The notes beneath the pieces are model-generated. The model made no database searches and was not told where the DNA came from. It saw only the letters and a program-made list of their open reading frames with translations. The position numbers were made by a program, and so were the translations under genes. A stretch of 29,239 nucleotides of DNA from a virus (lineage: Duplodnaviria; Caudoviricetes), in IMG/VR virus record IMGVR_UViG_3300031607_000014, positions 1 through 29,239 of that record; one strand, given 5' to 3'. Positions 25,402 to 29,239 of the stretch are shown here, in pieces. Within the stretch, counting starts at the first letter, position 1. Every line of letters begins with the position of its first letter.

Positions 25402-25753
25402 GTGATAATCTCCTAATTCGTTCGTTACTGAAGACTCGAAGACAGTAGCTATCGAGCCTGTAATAGATTACCCACGGTAAATCTAAAGGTTGCACTGTCC
25501 ATAGTGAAGCGAGTGCATTACCAGCCGCCATGTAAACGAACCACGCATTGCAATGTTGCAACGGGAACTCGAAGTTCGGGTCAATCAACTCGCACTCTGG
25601 CGCGTCCTTGACGACTGGACGGGCGCAAATGAAATACTCTGTAGTGCTCACGCAGTAACCTTGCCCGAGGTGAGCGTTAATCATCTCGTCCCACGGATAC
25701 GGAGGCTCACACGCCTCGTATGCGGCTTTAGCTTTCCAGATTGGGGCTATCAT
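25367..25753 (-). CDS. Hypothetical protein, possibly GNAT-like
   Basis: ATGA overlap with terL; AWFVYMAAG...LPWVIYYR. Confidence 0.6.
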   Translation of the reverse strand: MIAPIWKAKAAYEACEPPYPWDEMINAHLGQGYCVSTTEYFICARPVVKDAPECELIDPNFEFPLQHCNAWFVYMAAGNALASLWTVQPLDLPWVIYYRLDSYCLRVFSNERIRRLSHGQRIKTKTTT

Positions 25754-27384
25754 CTCCTGCGCCTACCCATGCTCACCTGTGGCTTTGTAGGCAGTCCTTG
25801 GAGGCTTGTGATTGCAGTCCTGTCAACGAGCAAGCCTAAGTGCATTGCTTGATGAGCATAACCAAAACATGTGCAGTAGTGTGATGCCCAATTATGAACA
25901 GGAACCTCCTTGACTGATTGATTATCTCGTTCCATTGCGCAGTGCCAAGCTTCAGCGGAACCAATCAAGCCCACATCGTCCTCTCCGTTCTTTTCGATAA
26001 GACCATCAATCGAGAACTCGCATCGCCCGAACTGCATCTGTGCGATCTTAACGTTATCCCATACATCCATTGGCTTCGGAAGCGGCGGGGCAACAGACTG
26101 CATCCCCATTTGCTGGAAGATCGGATACCACAGTGTCTTTCCGTCATGCGGAAGGAAAATCCCGCCATACCTGTAAGGCTTTTCCGATAACCACTTGCCC
26201 CAGTCTTTAGGAGTTTGAATTTCACTTCCTCCAGACTTCCCCTCTAGGAATAGTATTCTATCTCCAACAGGCTGAAAGATTAAGCATTTAGTATTTTCAG
26301 CGGCTCCTAAGTCGAATACTGCGTAAGTTGGAACCTGCTCATGCCAGCGTATATTATTACTGATACGGCCTTCAGCCCTAGCCTTATCAATCATAGGTGC
26401 ATAAATCTGACCATCATCACGAACAGACCACATCTCTTCGAGTGTAGACGGATATTCGCGCTTCATAAGTGCTCCCTGTCTAGTGGTCTTCTCGACGTAA
26501 TACCAAAGCTTTTGACCTGCCGTTAATTCAATACCATCTGCCGCTAATAAATCAAAATACTCATTATGCTCCTTGTCGATACGATCAGGCGAGCCTTCTA
26601 GCGTGTAGTTAGGTTCCAGCCACCAAGCAAAGAACAACACTGTCCAATCCCGTTTAGTCCTAAGCTCTTCACTAACCTCCAACCCGCTGCGGATAATACC
26701 ATACCAGTCGCCCGCCTTACCGCCCTTGTAAGTGCTTTCAACGAAGCATACGGCATTACTGCCTGATGCGGACGGAATAGCACCAGACATTATCTCTTCA
26801 GACCTTCTAGGGTCTTCGTATGCTATCGGGCCAAGCTCTGAAATGTGGACAAGCTGATTCGTTCCACCGCGAGCATTCTTCCCAGCGGAAACGCTTGAAT
26901 CGTTCGACCACGCCATTTCGCTGTTACGATTCGTAATAAGCCCTGCACCTATCTTCAACTCATGATCGAGGTTATTAAACGCAAACTTGACCTTAGCTAA
27001 CTTTTCCTCCGCATCGTCTCTGGACTGGTCAACGATAGAACATTGCTGACCTTCATCCCAGTAGGATTTGTCGAACGCAATTAAAGCAATAAGAGTGCTA
27101 AATCCAAGCTGCCTTGCTTTTGGAATAGCAAGCCACTGCCTACCGAGAATGAAAACGTAATAAAGAACGACTCGCTGAGGCCAATTAGGGATAAATGGTT
27201 CGGCAGAACCGCCTTCCTTTATCTGAATGCTGTAAAGGTTGCAGATACGAAAAAGAGCGTCACTCACGCAACGCTCCTCGAACTGCTCGTCAGTCATGCC
27301 GTCAGTCACGGCATAGTCTGCGAGGTCAATAGATGGGTAGTCAGTCTTCATTACGCATCGTCTTATGCCACAATTGATAGTCAT
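25750..27384 (-). CDS. terL: Terminase large subunit
   Basis: IPKARQLGFST Walker-A-like motif, LVHISELG Walker B, VEST coupling motif, AVFDLG, FLPHDG and PVHNWASH nuclease motifs. Start may be 27351. Confidence 0.93.
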   Translation of the reverse strand: MTINCGIRRCVMKTDYPSIDLADYAVTDGMTDEQFEERCVSDALFRICNLYSIQIKEGGSAEPFIPNWPQRVVLYYVFILGRQWLAIPKARQLGFSTLIALIAFDKSYWDEGQQCSIVDQSRDDAEEKLAKVKFAFNNLDHELKIGAGLITNRNSEMAWSNDSSVSAGKNARGGTNQLVHISELGPIAYEDPRRSEEIMSGAIPSASGSNAVCFVESTYKGGKAGDWYGIIRSGLEVSEELRTKRDWTVLFFAWWLEPNYTLEGSPDRIDKEHNEYFDLLAADGIELTAGQKLWYYVEKTTRQGALMKREYPSTLEEMWSVRDDGQIYAPMIDKARAEGRISNNIRWHEQVPTYAVFDLGAAENTKCLIFQPVGDRILFLEGKSGGSEIQTPKDWGKWLSEKPYRYGGIFLPHDGKTLWYPIFQQMGMQSVAPPLPKPMDVWDNVKIAQMQFGRCEFSIDGLIEKNGEDDVGLIGSAEAWHCAMERDNQSVKEVPVHNWASHYCTCFGYAHQAMHLGLLVDRTAITSLQGLPTKPQVSMGRRRR

Positions 27385-27401
27385 GGCGAGGCGAATCTAA
27401 C

Positions 27402-27677
27402 TCATCGCTTCAGATTGAACCTTTGATCCATCGCCCTTAATAGGCTACAAAATGCTACTGAGTTAGGAGCGCCAAAAGACTCCTTCCCTTTATGCAAAAC
27501 CGTATCCGTGTCACCAAAATGAACAATAACCCCAGATGCAGCATATAAGCTGAGGCCGATTGCGAGTCTCTGCGAACGGTCTAAATCCTCTATTTTAGTC
27601 GTCATTAGATCGACGTAAACAGACTGTAATTCTTTGGGGCAAATTCTGTCCCACGCTTTTTTTTCTGATGCTTTCAT
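27402..27677 (-). CDS. Hypothetical protein (start reassigned to MKASEKK)
   Basis: ATGA overlap with the upstream 59-aa ORF at 27674-27677. Confidence 0.55.
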   Translation of the reverse strand: MKASEKKAWDRICPKELQSVYVDLMTTKIEDLDRSQRLAIGLSLYAASGVIVHFGDTDTVLHKGKESFGAPNSVAFCSLLRAMDQRFNLKR

Positions 27678-27853
27678 AATTTTGATTTCGTTGATGTTGT
27701 TGATGTTGCGGGATTCCCGCATAGATTGCGCTTGACGGATTCGTTTCGCTGTTTATTGCGAGGAGGCACGAGCGAGCATGTTAGGGCTGCTTCAGCCAGC
27801 GCGATGTAGCGGCATGCGATAAGCCACTCTCGATAGTATTCGTCCTGCGTCAT
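27674..27853 (-). CDS. Small 59-aa protein (MTQDEYYREWLIACRYIALAEAALTC...SKL), not in the ORF track
   Basis: Translated by hand. ATGA overlaps at both ends (with the terS stop and with the next start). Confidence 0.55.
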   Translation of the reverse strand: MTQDEYYREWLIACRYIALAEAALTCSLVPPRNKQRNESVKRNLCGNPATSTTSTKSKL

Positions 27854-28266
27854 TTGCTACGTCCTTTTTTCCTGATGCGGTCAACAAGCGATCCTGAGAC
27901 CTCCTGCTTTTCGGGCTCGTAGAAACCGCTTATCTTGCTGACTTCCCGAAGCGCTCCTGTTGCCTCTGACCCGCTAGACTGAGAGAAGCGCCCTCCACCA
28001 CTGGCAATCTGTGCGAGCGTCTTCAACACGTCCTCTCGGGTCATCACTGCGTTACTGGACTGCTTCTTCCTGCAAAGACTGATGTATTGACTTACTTTTA
28101 CATTATTCAGCGCGTGGCTCGTAGCGGACTCGGAAGCATACTCAGCAATCTTTCCAGCCTCCCACGGCCTCTCGCCGTCGAGGATCGCCTCACACAGCTT
28201 GAACTGCTTCGTGGTCATGGAATCGCGTAGCTCGGCTATGCGGGAGTCGTCGGTAATATTACTCAT
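27850..28266 (-). CDS. terS: Terminase small subunit
   Basis: MTTKQFKLCE...AGKIAEY...LNNVKVSQYI...MTREDVLKTLAQIA...ALREVSKISGFY pattern. GGGAGG RBS; upstream of terL. Confidence 0.85.
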   Translation of the reverse strand: MSNITDDSRIAELRDSMTTKQFKLCEAILDGERPWEAGKIAEYASESATSHALNNVKVSQYISLCRKKQSSNAVMTREDVLKTLAQIASGGGRFSQSSGSEATGALREVSKISGFYEPEKQEVSGSLVDRIRKKGRSK

Positions 28267-28314
28267 TGGTTAAATCCTCCCAGAATGTTGACTCATCGGT
28301 TGGCGTTGTCGAGC

Positions 28315-28370
28315 GTGTAACTAGCCGCTATCCGCAACTGCGTTCCTTGTGCGGAAGCTCTATATTCTCG
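28315..28370 (+). repeat. attC-like site D
   Basis: GTGTAAC-tagcc-GCT(a)TCCGC(a)AC-tgcgttcctt-GT GCGGA AGC-tctat-ATTCTCG. The GTT core is changed to ATT. Confidence 0.65.
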
Positions 28371-28546
28371 AAATAAAAATGAGTCTCGCAATTATTACAC
28401 CAGTCATTCCAAGCGCCCTCGATCTCCTCGGTGTCATCACAGCCGCAACCGGGGCATACGTGTCGAGAGCCAGTCGAGCGGATCAATTCCGAAGCCGCTG
28501 GTGAATTTGTGGCATCAGGTGCCGATTGTTGATTTTGATTATCCAT
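28328..28546 (-). CDS. Small zinc-ribbon protein
   Basis: CPGC...CNNC. GGAG RBS and ATG lie inside the loop of attC-like site C. Confidence 0.65.
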   Translation of the reverse strand: MDNQNQQSAPDATNSPAASELIRSTGSRHVCPGCGCDDTEEIEGAWNDWCNNCETHFYFENIELPHKERSCG

Positions 28547-28593
28547 AATTTTATCTCCGATCCTATTCGGAATTATCCCTCTCTACGTTCTGG
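28464..28593 (+). repeat. attC-like site C
   Basis: CGAGAGC-cagtc-GAG(c)GGAT(c)AATTCCGAA-72 nt-TTCGGAATT ATCC CTC-tctac-GTTCTGG. The AAC core is changed to AGC. Confidence 0.7.
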
Positions 28594-28838
28594 CAATTAA
28601 ACCTACGGGCTTTCCCTTTGTGCGAAGCAAGCAAACCATCTTGCCCACATCGTAGTTGACCTAGTGCGTTACCAATGGCCATTTCAGCGTCTTCCACGGT
28701 GAACAAGATTTGCCCATCCAGTAGCCAGCCGCAGACATATTCCGCTATCTCAAATTGAGAGAATCGCGGTTGATTTCGGCGAGGCTCAGAACCAATCGGT
28801 TGTATCAATTCCTTTCGTTCATTCTTCACTTCAGTCAT
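28563..28838 (-). CDS. Hypothetical cassette-borne protein
   Basis: 91-aa ORF starting within site B and ending within site C. Confidence 0.6.
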   Translation of the reverse strand: MTEVKNERKELIQPIGSEPRRNQPRFSQFEIAEYVCGWLLDGQILFTVEDAEMAIGNALGQLRCGQDGLLASHKGKARRFNCQNVERDNSE

Positions 28839-28858
28839 TATACACCCCCACGTTCGCA
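28786..28858 (+). repeat. attC-like site B
   Basis: TCAGAAC-caatc-GGT(t)GTAT(c)AAT-27 nt-ATT ATAC ACC-cccac-GTTCGCA. Confidence 0.7.
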
Positions 28859-29133
28859 GAAGAAACTTCGCGTAGGTGATACCACTGGTCTTCCATCCGT
28901 TTCGTTCGCCCTCCTCCGTCTAGGATATGGCTACAAAGCTCGCAGGAATCTTCTTCTTCTCTGTCGATCATCGTTTGCCTTAGTTCGTCGGGACTAGGTT
29001 TCTTGTGGAACCACGCGATGAAGTATTCCCCCATCTGGTCATAGTGATTGTATTCGGTAGTTAGTATATATGCTTTCATGGTATCAAAAAAAATGCGAAC
29101 AACGGGATGCACGTCAATTCCGCTATCGCTCAT
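28831..29133 (-). CDS. Hypothetical cassette-borne protein
   Basis: YILTTEYNHYDQMGEYFIAWF.KKP...GGGR...EDQWY.LRE. Starts within site A (alternative start MKAY at 29079) and ends within site B. Confidence 0.7.
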   Translation of the reverse strand: MSDSGIDVHPVVRIFFDTMKAYILTTEYNHYDQMGEYFIAWFHKKPSPDELRQTMIDREEEDSCELCSHILDGGGRTKRMEDQWYHLREVSSANVGVYND

Positions 29134-29154
29134 GAGTGATCCTTTCCGTTATCC
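29094..29154 (+). repeat. attC-like site A
   Basis: TGCGAAC-aacgg-GAT(g)CAC(g)TCA-16 nt-TGA GTG ATC-ctttcc-GTTATCC, with canonical 5/6-nt spacers. Confidence 0.72.
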
Positions 29155-29238
29155 AAAAGAATTAATGATCGCTCGCGCCTGATCGAACTTCTCTTTTTCG
29201 AGCAGTCCAGCGGCAAGTATGATCTCTTCAATCTTCCA
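29149..29238 (-). CDS. 3' end of an ORF running in from beyond the window (...WKIEEIILAAGLLEKEKFDQARAIINSFG*)
   Basis: Open frame from the window edge; its TAA stop lies inside the GGATAAC core of site A. Confidence 0.55.
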   Translation of the reverse strand, partial: WKIEEIILAAGLLEKEKFDQARAIINSFG

Positions 29239-29239
29239 A

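Noticed and set aside
28315-29154. Interpreting the four hairpins as rho-independent terminators
   Set aside because: There is no consistent U tract adjoining the stems, they overlap coding sequence, and terminators would not explain the fixed spacers, paired bulges and cross-segment core complementarity.

Overview
This window is the late (morphogenesis) region of a podovirus-type tailed phage or prophage with T7-like / BPP-1-like gene order, almost entirely on the minus strand. Read right to left it holds: small accessory ORFs, terminase small and large subunits, portal, Bbp19-like protein, scaffold, an HTH protein, major capsid, decoration protein, tail adaptor and nozzle, ejection proteins including a 2873-aa polyvalent protein, tail fibre, and a probable lysis cassette ending in an alpha/beta hydrolase. 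A frameshifted, truncated TopoVI-A/TOPRIM-like gene lies convergently at the left edge. The most striking signal is at the right end (28315-29154). Four attC-like imperfect hairpins (AAC-N5-arm with two unpaired bases...arm-N5/6-GTT) separate the small accessory ORFs. The core at each end of an intervening segment complements the core at that segment's other end better than it complements its own hairpin partner, which is the signature of excised and reintegrated integron-type cassettes. The genes run antisense to canonical attC polarity, the hairpins supply start/stop codons, and no integrase is present in the window. Other oddities are a vWA/MIDAS domain inserted in the tail nozzle, linker-delimited effector modules in the giant ejection protein, and a structured leader upstream of the capsid gene. 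All family assignments are by eye from motifs and synteny; no searches were run.
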